Part shown: positions 14,810 through 29,397 of the stretch, one piece after another | Numbering within the stretch: the stretch's first letter is position 1 | How the letters are laid out: the number at the start of each line of letters is the position of its first letter | Assembly: GCF_009914755.1 (NCBI RefSeq) | Contig: NC_060936.1 | Direction: 5' to 3' (one strand) | DNA from: the human T2T-CHM13v2.0 reference genome, Homo sapiens | DNA: 64,000 nucleotides | Translations under genes and position numbers: made by a program | Notes under the pieces: generated by a model | Told to the model about the DNA's origin: nothing | What the model saw: only the letters and a program-made list of their open reading frames with translations | The model's database searches: none

Positions 14810-16919
14810 GAGAACTACAAATCTTATATTCAGCATGTAGCCAAGTACTTCTAAAACTCTGATCAGAACTGCATGTCTCAGATTTTATTTTAGAAAACCA
14901 TAGGTATCCACTACTTTATAGAAGTCTCAAATCTAAAACTGTACTCATGACGTAAATCCCCAAACTTGCTCCTCCTCCAGTGTTCTTTAGAAATGGCATC
15001 CTCATCTGCTCATCTTTTCAGTACCACAGGCTGGCCTCATCCTGGACGTCATTCCTTCTCTCACACACTTTCATTCCTGCATACAGTCACTCAGAAAGTC
15101 CCATCAGTCCCATCTCCTAACATATGTTACATCTGTCTACTTCTGTTGCCTTCACTACCTCCACCTTGTCCAGTCTACCAACTCCCAACTGGCTCTTCCC
15201 ACATCTTCTCGGGATCCCTTCTGGTTATTATTGTATAAGACGCAGGGAGATTTTTTTTAGAAACACAGATCACATCAAGTCAACCCTGTACTTAAGACCC
15301 TTCAATGGCATCCCACTGTTTTTAGGATAATCCTTCAGTTCTCAAAATGGTCCCATGGGCCCTGCATGACATGGCCTCACCCACATTTTCAGCCTCATTT
15401 GCAGCCATTTTCCCTTTTGTTCTCTACACTCCAGTCCCACTGACTGTTTCACTTCCTGAACTAAAGGTGTTTAAACCCACTGCTCTTCACTGAGATAATC
15501 CTAGATGAATATCCCAGGGGTATCCATGGAGAAGAGGGTGAATGTGACACTTGCAGATGACATTCTTATTGAGATTAAAACTGACAAATGGCCCCAGTCT
15601 ATTGCTTTTTGAAAACAAGGTCTTGGGGGAAAGAACCACTACTTGTCCTTAGCGAGCCTGTGCAATTTAGAAAATGGTGCCCCTCCAGGTGAATGCAGCC
15701 CCCGAGCTGTGTGGATTGGATTTTGGTGTCTGTGCACCCAGGGTGAGGTACTCTGTGAAGGACATGACCTGCACAGCCAGAATGGTGACTTTCTCTGGAG
15801 ATGTCAGTTGGTTTGCTTCCAAATTAAAACAGGTCTAAATAGGTTTGTCTTATTTAGAAGCTGAACGATTATGGACAACTTCTGGAACTCCCTTGTAGCC
15901 CAGTAGTGATTTTATAATAATAATTAATATGAAAAGCTTTTACCATGAGGCTGTAAAAGTTGTTCTTTGCATGACTAGGATGACATTGTATGTTTGCCTT
16001 TCCAAGCCAGCATGGTTGTGTCTACACTGCTAGCTCTGTAGCTGTTTTTCAGAGTTGAAGACCAAGTGTGATTTACAACCCAGAATGTCTCTAGCTGCTG
16101 GCATCTAAGTTTGGCACTGAGCACTTAAAGCGCCCAGACTATGGTGTTTTACTGTGTGGAGGAAGGCCTCATTGGAGAGGCACAACATTTTTTCATCTGA
16201 CATGTTTGCTCTTGTGGAAATGGCTTGAATTATTTGAGTCCTGGCAGCAGAAAACATGGGAGGAGACTTAAGTCTTGCTGAGCATGAATCATCCTATACA
16301 AATTAAAACTGATCACTTTTAAAAGCAGTTTCATTGCTAGTATAAAACTATCCATCAATCATTAGATTGCTTTGATGTGTATATCATATATCTGTGTGTC
16401 GCTGCCAGGATCCTAGCATGAACCTCTCCCTGAACAAACACTGAATAAATATTGCTATGATTTTGCTTATTACTTATACTTTTGTCTTTGACTTAGACAC
16501 AGTTTAGTTTCTCGTTTTTAACTCCATGTTGAATATGAGTTCAGTTATTTTTCTTTTTTTTTTTGTATCTATGGAAGTGCCTAAATTTTACTAGGGGTGA
16601 GGTGGGGAAAATAGGAAAAGTATGAAAAACAACCACACGTGCACAATTCCTTTGTAATTTCAAACTTTAATGGACACTCTCTGGAGGTCATTGCCAGATC
16701 TCTCAGCAGGAACAGAATTTGAATCTGGGAGCAAGTAATCACTCTGTAAATGTTTGTTATGATACTGGAATTGCCAAATATGCTATATCTAATTGAATTT
16801 CATTACTGGGGCATGAAAGACAGTTGGTTGAATGTTGTCACTGAAAAGAATATATTGTGGCCAGCAGATTGTTGCCTATATAGCGCTGTAGCTGGGTTTT
16901 TCAGGCCAGCTGCACTTTG

Positions 16920-17244
16920 AAAAGTTCTGGATGCTGAAAGTATTGGAAAGGTTGGGTCCTTCTGAGGGCCAGGAGGGAAGGATCTGTTCCAGGCTTCTCC
17001 CCTTGGCTTGTACATGGCTGTCTTCTTTTGCATTCACATCATCTTGAATTTTGGGCACATATTTCTGTGTCCAAATTTCCCCTTTTTATAAGGATTCCAG
17101 TCATACTGGAATTAGGGCCCATCCGAATAATCTTGTTTAAATTGATTATAAAGACCCTATATCCAAATAAGGTCACATGCTGAGGTCCTGGGGCTTAGGA
17201 TTTCAACATATAAATTTTGAAAGGACATAATTAAACACATCACA
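16920..17244 (-). mobile_element. MLT1-family MaLR LTR fragment
   Basis: CCAAATTTCCCCTTTTTATAAGGA...AAGACCCTATATCCAAATAAGGTCACATGCTGAGGT...GATTTCAACATAT motifs. Confidence 0.7.
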
Positions 17245-17451
17245 TCATCCGTAGTTGAACCGCAACACAAATTAGCCTCAGAAATCAAGCTGTATTTATT
17301 TTGTGTTTTGTTTTTATTTGCTTTTTAGCTATACTTATTTTGTAATTGTCTATAAACTGAACCAGTTTCCATAAAGTAGTTGAATTTTATTTCTTTTTCC
17401 CAGATCCGACCCACCAGAGGGCCATGGTATTGGTTCTGCAGTCAACACTGT

Positions 17452-17453
<2 letters not shown>

Positions 17454-17482
<29 letters not shown>
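17454..17482. repeat. (CT)n microsatellite
   Basis: Read directly from the sequence. Confidence 0.95.
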
Positions 17483-17487
<5 letters not shown>

Positions 17488-17993
17488 GTTTCATGAGTCA
17501 TTAGGCCAAAAAATGTTAGGTAAATGAAAGCAAATATGACAGCAGTACCTTGAACAAGGGGACCACGTCTTTCCCCCTCAAGTCCATGACGTGTAACATG
17601 TCTAATATTCTAGTTCTGAGGATTTTAAATGTAATTCGTTGATCTGTAGTGTGCTTTCACTGGACACCTTGCTTTAGTTAAACCATTCTTGCATATCCTT
17701 CATTTTCCACATTAGCCTTGTTTAGTTGTGCAGTTTTGACATTCATAGCTCTCCAGTGCTTTGGACTGAATGTTTATTGCAAGAACTTGCAGCTGACTTT
17801 CTATCAGGTCATTCTGATGTTGTCCAGGGATGCCGTCAGAGGTACAGGTTCTTGAAGCACCTTTTATGCTATCTTCCTTTTCTACTCTGGGCCTTTCCCA
17901 GTTTCTGGGAGGTCAAGGTATCTGCCAAGCCTCTCTCTCTGCAGCACACTGGCATCAGTCATACTTGTATGCTCCATCTGTACTTTATTGGTG

Positions 17994-18317
17994 TTTTTTT
18001 TTTTTTTTTTTTTTTTTTTTGAGACAGGGTCTCACTCTGTCACCCAGGCTGAAGTGCAATGGTGCAATCACAGCTCACTGCAGCCTCAACCTCCCAGACT
18101 CAAGTGATCCTCCAAGTAGCTGGGATCACTTGATCCTCCTGAATAGCTGGGACTACAGATGTGTGCCACCACACCCAGCTAACTGTTTGTTTGTTTTAAT
18201 AGAGACAAGGTCTCACTATGTTGCCTGGCTGGTCTTGAAACTCCTGGGCTTAAGCGAGCCTCCCGTCTCAGCCTCCGAAAGTGCTGGAATTACAGGTGTG
18301 AGCCACAGCGCCCGGCT
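17994..18317 (-). mobile_element. AluJ
   Basis: Antisense dimer with long T tail and a small internal rearrangement. Confidence 0.9.
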
Positions 18318-18595
18318 CCACCTGTACTTCAAAACTCACCCCACTCCCTGTTCCCGCAGCACGTCATGTGCTAATGTGACTGCTACGTACCCTCTTAGGC
18401 TTCTGGGCCCTGAAATACAATCCTATTTTGTTCCCCCTATCCTAAGAGATCAGGTGGAATGGAAGATTTTCTCCCTTTTGTATTAAATGGGTCAAATTTT
18501 GTCTCTCCTCAAGTATATTCCAAAATATAAGTAATCTGTTAATAAAACGTCTTATCCCTTCAGAAAACAGAATTTAGGGTGGGTTAGATAATACA

Positions 18596-18637
<42 letters not shown>
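18596..18637. repeat. (CAT)14 microsatellite
   Basis: Read directly from the sequence. Confidence 0.95.
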
Positions 18638-18640
<3 letters not shown>

Positions 18641-19081
18641 TACCTCTCTAAGCCTGTAGCAGGGTGGAATAGCATGAGCTATTGATTGTATCTGAGCAGA
18701 GGAATGCCTGGTACCCCATCTCTCCAGAAGAAATTAGGTGGTTTGAGAGCATCTCTTAGATCTGAATAATTTCAGTGCCAAAGACCAAAACCCCTTCATA
18801 AGCTGCTATTAGACTCTCCCTGATTGCCATGCCTGGCTTCTGTTGGAGACAATCCTAGAGGAAAACAGAAACTCCCAAGGAGCTGGGTAGCCAAGAGAGG
18901 AGCCCAGACCTTCCATCTTCCATCTGGTGACCTGATGGTTCTGGCATTTGACCTCTCTGAAGGTAAGAAACCTTGGATATTACACATAAATTCCAATATC
19001 TGAATTGACAGAAGTACTCTCTCCAGGGTAGATATGCTATCAGAGCTTAGATGTAAGGATGTTTTAAAAATTTCATTCAGA

Positions 19082-19392
<311 letters not shown>

Positions 19393-19755
19393 TCAGAGAC
19401 CTGAAGTGTCAGGCCCAGCAATAGTTCAGTAGTTCTTTGGCCCTTGATGTCAGTCCTGTGAGCTAGCTCTCCAGCACGAGGGACTTTCTTGTGTTTAGTT
19501 TCACCTCCTCTCTTCTTGGGGTAGATCACAATCAAATAGCTCCCATTTCCATCGTTTGGGAAGACAATGACCTTGCCTTCCCCACACACGTCCATACAGC
19601 ACTGCTCCTCGGACTCCACACCCCAGGTCCAGAATAGTCAGGGTGGCTACTCTAGGACTAATCTCTCTTCCTATCTCCTGGTAAAATGGTTTTAGCAGAC
19701 ATTTGTCCCTGGCAGCTGTTAGTTTCCCCTCTCATCACTATATTAAGACATCCTT

Positions 19756-20059
19756 GGCCAAGCATGGTGGCTCATGCCTGTAATCCCAGCACTTTTGGAG
19801 GCTGAGACGGGAGAATCACTGGAGCCCACAAGTTCAAGACCAGCCTGGGCAACACAGGGAGACCTTGTCTCTACCAAAAATAAAATAAATTAGCCAAGTG
19901 TAGTGGTACATACCTGTGATTCCAGCTACTTGGGAAGCTGAGGCAGGAAGATCACTTAAGCCCAGGAGGTTGAGGCTGCAGTGAGCCGTGCGTGATTGGG
20001 CCACCGCACTCCAGCCTGAGTGACAGAGCAAGACTCTGTATTTAAAAAAAAGAGAATAA
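19756..20059 (+). mobile_element. AluJ
   Basis: Sense dimer with J-type diagnostics. Confidence 0.9.
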
Positions 20060-23000
20060 AAGACCTCCCAGCCCACGACTTCTTTAACTTTTTGCTTACA
20101 CATTGAGGCCTTCAGCAAATTAAGAAAAACTTGGTGAGCTCCTGAATAGTGATGCTAGCCTCAGCATGTACAAAGGAGTCCTGGAGTATGTTCATGGTTC
20201 TGCTTAGCTTTTAGAACAGACCTCCTTTTACTGCCAGACTCCTAAGCTACTAATGGGCCAGTTGTCAGGGATGGGTATAGGCAGAGAGAGCCGGTCTGCA
20301 GATTTTTCTACTCATTCTCTGTCAGGTGCTATTTTCAAACAGGCAGAAAAAGAAAGGACAGCCTGCAATGCAATAGAGCTTTCCTTTGGGAGGAATTTTT
20401 TCAATAAAAAAAATAAGCTATGACAGGTTTTACGTCAACAAAGAATTGTTATATAACCGGAATCAAAGATTCTTGCATTTATATTGAAATAAATGTTAGG
20501 GTGATTTATTTTCCACAACTTCAAAATGACAATTGCTATTAATTAATTAATGAAACAGAAAAATTCCATGCTAACTAAAAGAAGCAACTGGTGGTATTTG
20601 CTGGTATTAATGCCTTCTAGTTGTAAGTTGGCTATCTGAGAAACACTTCTTGATTTGGTTCATTAACCCAATGAATGAATCATGAATAGGAGATCCAGCC
20701 ACAGAAAACTATAGTTCCTGCAGGCAGATCCTAGGAAGGTTTGACACCATGGGGGTTCTGAGCTTGGGCTGCTCACCATATTTATTGCCACTCTTTAGAC
20801 CCCGAAAGCCTCAGCAGAGTGTATATCTCTTAAGATCCTATTATCCAGCTTTAACTCCCTTTACAAAATCCAGGAAATTATACAAGTTATTTGGAAAATT
20901 CCCGTGTCGCATGTTTTCAGTAGGATGTTAAGACGTTAAAAAATGGCACTCCAACTTTGTGTTTTGTTGTATAATAGTAGAAGAGAACAAACAAAGGGTA
21001 ACATCAAAAAGACCATAATCATGCATGCAAAATGCATGTCCACACCCAACAGAGGGGTGGGTGGAATTCAAGACCAATTTGTGTTGGATTCCAAGATAAA
21101 AAGGGACTAAGTGGATGTGCCTGTGTTTCCTCAAGGAGGAATTTATGGTATTTACTAGCACAAAGCAATCACTTAAAAGTTGAGTCAAATATTCCTGTAC
21201 TTGCTTATAGGCATAGTCTATAATAAGGTAATGATTCATCTAGTTCCAACTTCACAGTAATAATCTTGGGTTATAGATGTGGAAAAAGGATTACATTTAT
21301 CTGGTTTAATCTCATTTTACAAACAAGGAAAATGAAGCCTGGAAAATTTGTTTGAGCAATATGCTCTGTAACATCTCATAACTCCCAGTGGTATCATTTT
21401 CCACAAAAGAGGCAGAGTAGAGGGAAGAAAATGGTGTCCACAGGGCAGGGTCAGGGACCAGCCACACTCCAATCCCTGCTGGTGACTGCCCTCAGCCATC
21501 CTGGTGGCCTCAGCTGAGACCCAAGCCCTCCCCCAAAAGAATTGTCCCAGGATAACTCAGATATCACTAGTCATCTGGCGGATAAAGGCAAAGTTTGCAT
21601 GAAAGTGGCAATTTGGGGGAGACATTTAAATGTTTCCATGCCTCATTTTCCTCTTCTATAAAAAGGGAATAATAGTATGTTTGTTCTAAATCGCTTGGGT
21701 ACTTACTAAGCACTTAATAAATATTAGTTGTTATTGTTTTCTTTTTTCCGTTCTCACTTCTTTTCCCTCTCTGCCTTCCTCCCTCCTCTTTTCCCTCCTT
21801 TCCTTTTTATACCCCATCTGCATTGTTTTCAAGCATAATACATAGGGCATGAGAGATATTTTTCTTTAAAAATCTGGCTGTTTTTGTGCTTTCTTCCCAA
21901 AATTTCCAGAACTCAGTTTTATCAGTATATTTTGAGAACCCCACTGGTGGACATTTAGGTTGTTTGCAGATTTTTTTTTTTTTTTTGGTTCTGTTTGAAT
22001 CCCTCCTCTTCTACTTTGTAGCCCTGTAATCTCTTCAAGAGATGATGATCTTTGATGGCATTTTGGGGGTGATGTTCAGGTGGCAGCCAGATTGGAGGGG
22101 ACCGTGGAGCAGACTGTGTGACTACTCATTCCAAGGGCATCATTGTGGAGAGTAAGCACTGGATCGTAACACAGGAAGGGTGAGGGAAGTGTCTGGGAGT
22201 GTTTTTTGTTTGTTTGGGGCTGGGATTTTTAGATCCAGAAGGTTTTCAACATATTTCTTAGTTTAGCAGAACGAAACAGAGGAATGGAAGAGATTGAAGA
22301 TGTAAAAGAGTGAAGGAATAATTGTCTGAAAGCTTGGCATGAGATCAAGAATAAAAGGGCGGAGACTCTTCCTGTGATGGAAGGCCAGGGGCCAAGAACA
22401 GACAAGCAAGTCTACAAAGGAGCTTTAGATAGAGGGTTCCCCAGGATTGGCTTTGAGATTCTCAGTGTGGGGGGATCTGGAGTAATCTGCTGAGATTAAG
22501 TGTTGGAGGAATAGGAACAGGTTAGGGGAGAGTTTTATAGGAATTTTTAGAGACAGCCATTATGAGAAATGTGACAGGGAGGGAACTAATGATGGATAAA
22601 AGGATTCTTGAGTAACATTAAGTGCCCAGTCAAGATTAGACAGCAGGCATTTGAAGTGGAGCCAACTCAACTTCCTCTGGCTGTGCTTGGTACAGCTAAA
22701 TCAAGAGGCAGCAAGATGTTTCATGTGGAAAAATAAATTTTTAACACTCTATTATTCTTTAACGGAGGGCAGGAATTGAAGCATCCTTATATGAAGATAA
22801 TTCAAAGACATCCAATAGAGGTGGCATAAATACCAAAAATTTGAAAAGTATGTTGTTCCGCAGCCTTGTTTTTAGGCTCAAATAAACACCCCATTAAGTA
22901 GAATGTATACCCCGATCACTTAGAATACTCAAGTTTCGAGGTGCCACTTAAAAATAAGGCAGATGCTGTACTTAGCTAGGGAAAAGGTATGTCTCTTGGC

Positions 23001-23149
23001 AGGTGGGATCCCTTCACCTGGTCCACAAGATGGACTTAATTGGAAGCAAATACAGAATTGGAGACGGTCAATCAAATGGAAGCTCCTCAGTTCCTAGATC
23101 AGTTTCTGGTACATGGTAGGTAAATGAGAAATACTTTGTGAATAAAGTA

Positions 23150-23444
23150 CAATTGTCCCTTGGTATCCATGGAGGATTGGTTCTAGGATCTCCTGAGGAT
23201 CCCAAAAATCCATAGCGGCTCAAGTTCCTTATATGAAATGATGTAGTATTTGCCTATAACCTTCACACATCCTCCCGTATATGTTAAATCATCTCTATAT
23301 TACTTAGAATACCTACTACAATGCAAATGCTATATAAATAGTTGCTCTACTGTATTTTTAAATTTCTTTTTTTATTTGAATATTTTAAATCTGTGGTTGG
23401 TTAAATTCATAGATATGAAATTCATGGATACAGAGGGCTGACTA
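23150..23444 (+). mobile_element. MER2 (TcMar-Tigger) MITE
   Basis: TA-flanked CAATTGTCCCTTGGTATCCATGG...CATGGATACAGAGGGCTGACTA inverted termini. Confidence 0.8.
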
Positions 23445-23886
23445 TATATATGTATGTATATGAGTAAATGTATAAATTTATTCATGTCACTTTGGAGCAC
23501 TAGTCCTATGAGACATAGTAAAATATGGAAAATCCTGACTATATTGATCATTTAGTAGTCCTGCCCACGTCATTCAACATGTAGCTGTGGTAAAAGCAAG
23601 TTTTCAAGTTCCTGTCAAGACAACTCAACACATTTACTCTCTTCTGCTTCTCTGCCTCCCTCATTCCCTCTCTCCTGAAAGTTACGGGTTGTCAGAACTT
23701 TTATTGAAATGAAAACAAAATCTAAGTTGATTCTCTAAGACATGAAAGAGTCAGAGTCTAACAAGTCCATTAATATTCTATTCTTTCCTATGCAGTACTG
23801 CAAAGCATGTTTGGTGATGATAAAGGAATAGTTTTGTTTTGATGGATACAAATAGTTGTTATTTATTTCATGATCACCATGGTAAG

Positions 23887-24497
23887 TGTAAACCAAAAAT
23901 AAAATTCCAACCACCTGAATGGACCCCTCCTCTCGGCCAAGGGCATTCCAAAGTTAACCCGAAAAACTAGTTTAGGCCGTGATGGGAAGGGGGAGCCCAA
24001 CATGACTCATTATTCCCTCTTCCTTTTTGGAATTACTGATAGAATAATCTTTTAAAGTCTGATAAGAAACATTGACAATCTATTCTCTGAAGCTTCCTAC
24101 CTGGAGGCTTTATCTGCATGATAAAACCTTGGTCTCCACAACCCCTCATCTTAACCCAGACATCCCTTTCTATTGATAGTAAGTCTTTAGATAATAACAA
24201 CTTTTTCAACCAATTGCCAATCAGAAATTCATTGAATCTACCTATAATCTGGAACTAACCAACCTCCCTCCCCCAAATTGTGCTCCCTTTCTGGACTGAA
24301 CCAATGTAGATCTTACATGTATCAATTGATGCCTCACGTCTCCCTAAAATGTATAAAAGCAAGTTGTAGCCTGACCACCTTGGGCACATGTTCTCAGGAT
24401 CTCCTGAGGGCTGTGTCACAGGCTGTTGGTCACTCATGTTTGGCTCAGAATAAATCTCTTCAAAATATTTTACAGAGTCTGCCTCTTTTCATTGCCA
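23887..24497 (+). mobile_element. MER4-family (ERV1) solo LTR
   Basis: Starts TGTAAACCAAAAATAAAATTC, contains GGCCAAGGGCATTCCAAAGTTAACC and GGCTCAGAATAAATCTCTTCAAAATATTTTACAGAG, ends in CA. Confidence 0.8.
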
Positions 24498-24793
24498 TAG
24501 ACTTGATAGAGAAATTTTAAGAGTGGGTCTTTAGTCCTTAAAAAGCTCGATCTAGTAGAGACAACATTCCAAGGACCTGGTTAAGTGAGGCTGCTTGCCA
24601 GAGATACACTTTTTCCTTAGCCAAGTATAACATCTATTAGAGATAACCAGTGGTTCCATATGGTACTTGGTAACAGAGGCTGAGAGAGAATGGGTGTGGG
24701 GAGAGACAAGTGCTATAGGAGTACTTGATGATGCGGTAATCTTCCTTGAGTATTCTGCCATGACATTCAGTTTTTATATACGAGATCCAGGCA

Positions 24794-25123
24794 CAGCCGT
24801 CACTGGGTATCCACGGGGAGTTGGTCCCACGACCTCCCACAGATATCAAAATCCAGAGATGCTCAAGTCCCTGATATAAAATGGCATCGAATTTGCCTAT
24901 AACGTAAGAATATCCTCCTGTATACTTTAAATCATCACTAGATTACTTATAACACCCAATACAATATAAATGCTAGGTAAATCTTTGTTGTGTTGTTTAG
25001 GGAATAATGACAAGAAAAAGTCTGTAAATGTTTAGTCACAGACACATTTTTTTTTCAAATATTTTCTATTCATAGTTCTTTGAATCCACTGATGATGCAC
25101 CCACAGATATGGAGGGCTGGCTG
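24794..25123 (+). mobile_element. MER2 (TcMar-Tigger) MITE, second copy
   Basis: CAGCCGTCACTGGGTATCCACGG...GATATGGAGGGCTGGCTG-TA; internal sequence similar to the 23150 copy. Confidence 0.78.
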
Positions 25124-25689
25124 TATTTCATCAAATTTCAGTGTAAAGGATGACAGGGTAATGACTCACCCAGAAGATATTTTTATAGTTCCTCCTGTTT
25201 CCTTCCTTTGATGGATGAGGGAAATGCTGTCATACTCAGAAGTTGAGAGTGGGCAGTTAGTTGCCTCAGTAAATGGCCACTCCATCCTCCTATGGCTTAG
25301 GCCATAGTCTTGAGTTTGTCCTTTCTCCCAAATGCTATATCCAGTTCTGTTGGCATTTACATCAAAAATATACACAGGGCAATAGAAACGTTGCTGTCTT
25401 TGTTAGGGGTATGTTACATAGGTGTATGTATTTGTCAGAACACATCAAACTGTGCAGTAAAGATCTGTGCATTTCACTCTCTAAATTATAACTTAATTCA
25501 TATGTGTAATGCATCCTAATATGTATAGTAATATACATTTTGTATTCAGAATATATAGCAATATGCGTTTATATATATACATATATATTTACTATATGTG
25601 TATTCACACATACATACATTTTATATATATATTTACATATATATACACGCACATATTTACTATGTGTGTATTCACACATACATACATAG

Positions 25690-26720
25690 CTAGTGTCCCA
25701 TCACCATCTCTACTGCTCACACCCTGACCCGAGCCACCAATAGAACACCTCTCATCTGAATTGTTGCAGTTGTTTTCTGACTGTTCTTGCTTCTACCTCT
25801 GTCACCCCTGCAGTGTGTTCTTAGGAAGGATACTTCTTAAAACAGAAATCAGATCATGTCATTCCTTGGCTCAGAACCCTCCAGTGGCCTTCCATCTCCA
25901 TGCTCAATTGAAGTCAAAGCCTGGCTGCCATGGAGGCCCCAGATTCCACTACCCCACCACTCCCACCACGCCTTCTGTGCCTCTGGGACCACATTCCCTA
26001 CTAACCCTCTGGCTCACCACCTTCCGGCCCACTGACCTCAAACATCAACTACATGAAGCTCTCCCTTCTAGGGGCCTTTGCATTTACTGTTGTTTCTCCC
26101 TGGAAGCTCTTCTCAGATATTTCTGTGACTTTCTCCCTTCACTTTCTTCAAGGTTTTAATCAATGTCACTTTATCAGTGGGGCCTTCCATGATTATCTGA
26201 TCAAAACTTTTAAGTGCCTGCCATTCCCTTTCTGCACAAAGAGCTGGCACGGTATATAATTAAGAGGATGCACTCTGCTGCCAGACTGTCTGACTTCACA
26301 TCATTTTCTAGCTGTGTGACTTGGTGCCTCAGTTTGATCACTTTCTGTGCCTCAGTTTGATCACCAATAAAGTGGGGATAAGTATTGTGTCCTTAGGGTT
26401 ATTGTAAGGATTAATTGAATTGATATATGAAAAGCACTAAAAACAGTGCCCGGTACAGAGTAAGCTAATGTTAATGTTATTCCTCTTGCTTGCTTCGTTA
26501 TTTTTCCCATAACACTTATCAATCACCTTCTCACCTGCTATATATTTAAACTGTTTATTTTTTGTGGTTTCTTGCCGTTACAATGTATACGCCATCAGAG
26601 CAACAACTTTTTACTTTTTTTCCTCTTCTATTTTCTTTCTTTTTCTTCACTACTGTACCTTCATCACTTAGAATAGTGCCTGATATGCAGTAGGTACTTA
26701 ATAAATATTGTGTAATCAAT
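25690..26720. mobile_element. L2 3' region with an embedded MIR (~26240-26470)
   Basis: AAATCAGATCATGTCATTCCTTGGCTCAGAACCCTCCAGTGGC...TAGAATAGTGCCTGATATGCAGTAGGTACTTAATAAATATT. Confidence 0.6.
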
Positions 26721-26782
26721 GGGTGAATGAGAGAAGAGTCTGTGCACTTTCAGGAGGCTGTAGGATAAGGTAGGTTAGGGAA

Positions 26783-26984
26783 GGGGCTGGAAACATTTTC
26801 TGCAAAGAGCCAGATAGTAAATATTTTAGGCTTCGTGAGTTACAACTACTCAACTTTGCTGTTGTGGCATGAAAGCCACCATAGATGATACGTAAACGAA
26901 TGAATGTGACTGTGTTCCAAAGAAACTTTATAAAAACAGGCAGTGGGCTAGATTTGACCATAGGTCATAGTTTGCCAACTCCTG
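26783..26984. mobile_element. MER58A-like hAT-Charlie MITE
   Basis: AAACATTTTCTGCAAAGAGCCAGATAGTAAATATTTTAGGCTT...TAGTTTGCCAACTCCTG. Confidence 0.75.
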
Positions 26985-29078
26985 GGTTGGGGAATAATTT
27001 TTGGCTTTACTTTCCTCCTTCTCATTACTCCTCCCTTCAGCCAGCAATTAGTGCTATTCACTCAGAACTGAAATATGAATAATTTGAAAAGCATTACATT
27101 ACCCCTTAGTATTTGGCTCAGTATTCGTTAATTGTACAAATTTTCCATATGTCTCTTAATATTGTAATAGGAAATAACAATGTTAAGAATATATTTTGAA
27201 GTTTCAGGGCTCTGGTTTTCATTTCTCTTCTCCCACAGCCGAAAACTGGTAATTCTGGCCAGGAGCACGTATGCTATAAAGGAACAAGCAGTGTTGGCAT
27301 TCCTCTTACTGTATGGCCAAGAGTGTAACTGACACCCAGTTGGAATAGAAACCAACAGAAATTACCTACAAGACAAACTGTTGAGTTTATAAGATTATTT
27401 AGAAAAACTTATTCCTCCACAAAACTGTTTCCTTGCCCACAGTTTTTACCACTCTTCCCAATCGATTTTATGTGCTCACAAGTTCTTGCAGCTTTTTAAT
27501 GCAGTGAGTTTTTGACCATGTGACAAACTGAAACTTTAACACAAAATATATAGCTTTTATTGTTGTAATTAAAGCAGACCCGAAATTAGACTCATTTTGC
27601 TGATATGATCCATTGTGATTAGACATATAAGCAGTCCAACTACGTGACTGCAACTGATGTGAATTTGACGCAACCAGAAATGGTTTTTGTGTCACCTCTT
27701 CTGAACTTAGCAGCCCATCCTTATTGTCGGTGCTAACAGTTTTCCACTTGCCGTTTAATTGTCTTCATCATTTTATATGTGTGGAAAGAGAACAGACCTG
27801 GACCATGCTCCCCATTTGTTGGGGTTTTCTTGCTCCCTGTGTTGCACCTTTTTACAGCTGTGGTCCAGGGCTGCAGTTTCCAATCAGAGTGTGATGTAAC
27901 CTACTCCCAAGACACCTGGCCAGTTTGCCCCCCCAGAGCAGTGCTGCTCAAACCATCTCTTGGGAAAGACCATTTTGTTTTTCCATCATGAATTGATTCA
28001 TTTTCTAAAATTCAATTTAAAAAGAAAATTGAGTTGCCAGCAGAATTATCACATAATTGGATATCACAGCAAGGCCAAGTTGCGATGTAATTTTTAAAAC
28101 ATTTATTCTCAATTTCTGTACTTACAGTAGACCGGTAACAGTTTGTGCACCAGCTCCAGTCCACAGACCATATTCTAAGCAATGCCACTTCAGTGGTTTT
28201 CACTCCAGTGGTTTTCAAACGTTTTTAACCCAGTATAAAGTATGCATTCGTAGGCTGTAAAACACATGAATGTGTAGACACCTGTGCAGACACACACACG
28301 CACATACTCTGAAACCACTGGAATGTCAGCCCCCTAAGGGCAGAGCTTCGCTTTTCTTGGTCTTTTTCACTGTTCTGCGTCTAATACCTGGCGCATAGGA
28401 GGCCCTCAATCAATATTTGTTGCAGGTATGTGTGTGTGTATGTGTGTGTCTGAATAATCAAATCAAAATTTTCACACGATAATGCTTAACCTTTACTCCT
28501 GATGAAATAGCCTTTTGTTGTCTATTTAATAAAAAGAAATACTGATTTTAGTCTAATAATTCTATTTCAGTACATTCTAATTTTAGGAGTCGTGACCCAT
28601 GGTTTATAAAACATTCCTTTAGAAGGTGCTCGTGTATAGGAATTTATTATTCTTTTCTTCTTCACAACTTTGAGTAGCTGTTGCTCACTCCTGTCTTCCT
28701 ATGGGTATACATATCCCAGAACTGCTTATATCTAGGAAGCAGTCCATGTAGCCTGCATACATTAGGTTGGTAGGCCTGTGAAGGAAAATAGAGATAGATG
28801 AGTCTCCAGGTTTTAAAGAGTTAAAAAGAAGGGAAGAATGAGGTTAGAGTTAGAGTGGGTAGAGCAATAACAAGTTGAAACAGACCCGCTGATACTCCTC
28901 CATAATACTGGGGACTAAGTTTGCAAACTCTTAGGAATAATGTCATTCCAAAATAGTGCAATGAATTTGATTCGCCTACATCTCAAAGAGCATGAAATTT
29001 CAGTTTTTAAGATTGTGGATAGCAAGGCTAATAATAATGATCACATTTATCTAAATGTATCTTAAAATTTAAGGTCAT

Positions 29079-29397
<319 letters not shown>

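Noticed and set aside
17830-18486. Longest ORF in the track (218 aa) and many similar ORFs (LECSG, PPPPGFK, WDYR motifs)
   Set aside because: These are translations of Alu sequence and poly-T runs, with no sign of real coding.
23150-25123. Two MER2 copies flanking a MER4 LTR as a composite transposon
   Set aside because: Each MER2 has its own termini and they differ internally; independent insertions are the simpler explanation.
26324-26364. 18-bp direct repeat GTGCCTCAGTTTGATCAC x2, plus similar short duplications near 2567, 25585, 35842 and 42587
   Set aside because: Two-copy slippage duplications inside decayed MIR, L1, L2 or low-complexity DNA; not an array and not CRISPR-like.
27239-27249. 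Possible microexon after a strong pyrimidine tract (similar acceptors at 17404, 33281, 50831)
   Set aside because: Isolated acceptor-like motifs with weak or no paired donor are expected by chance in long introns.
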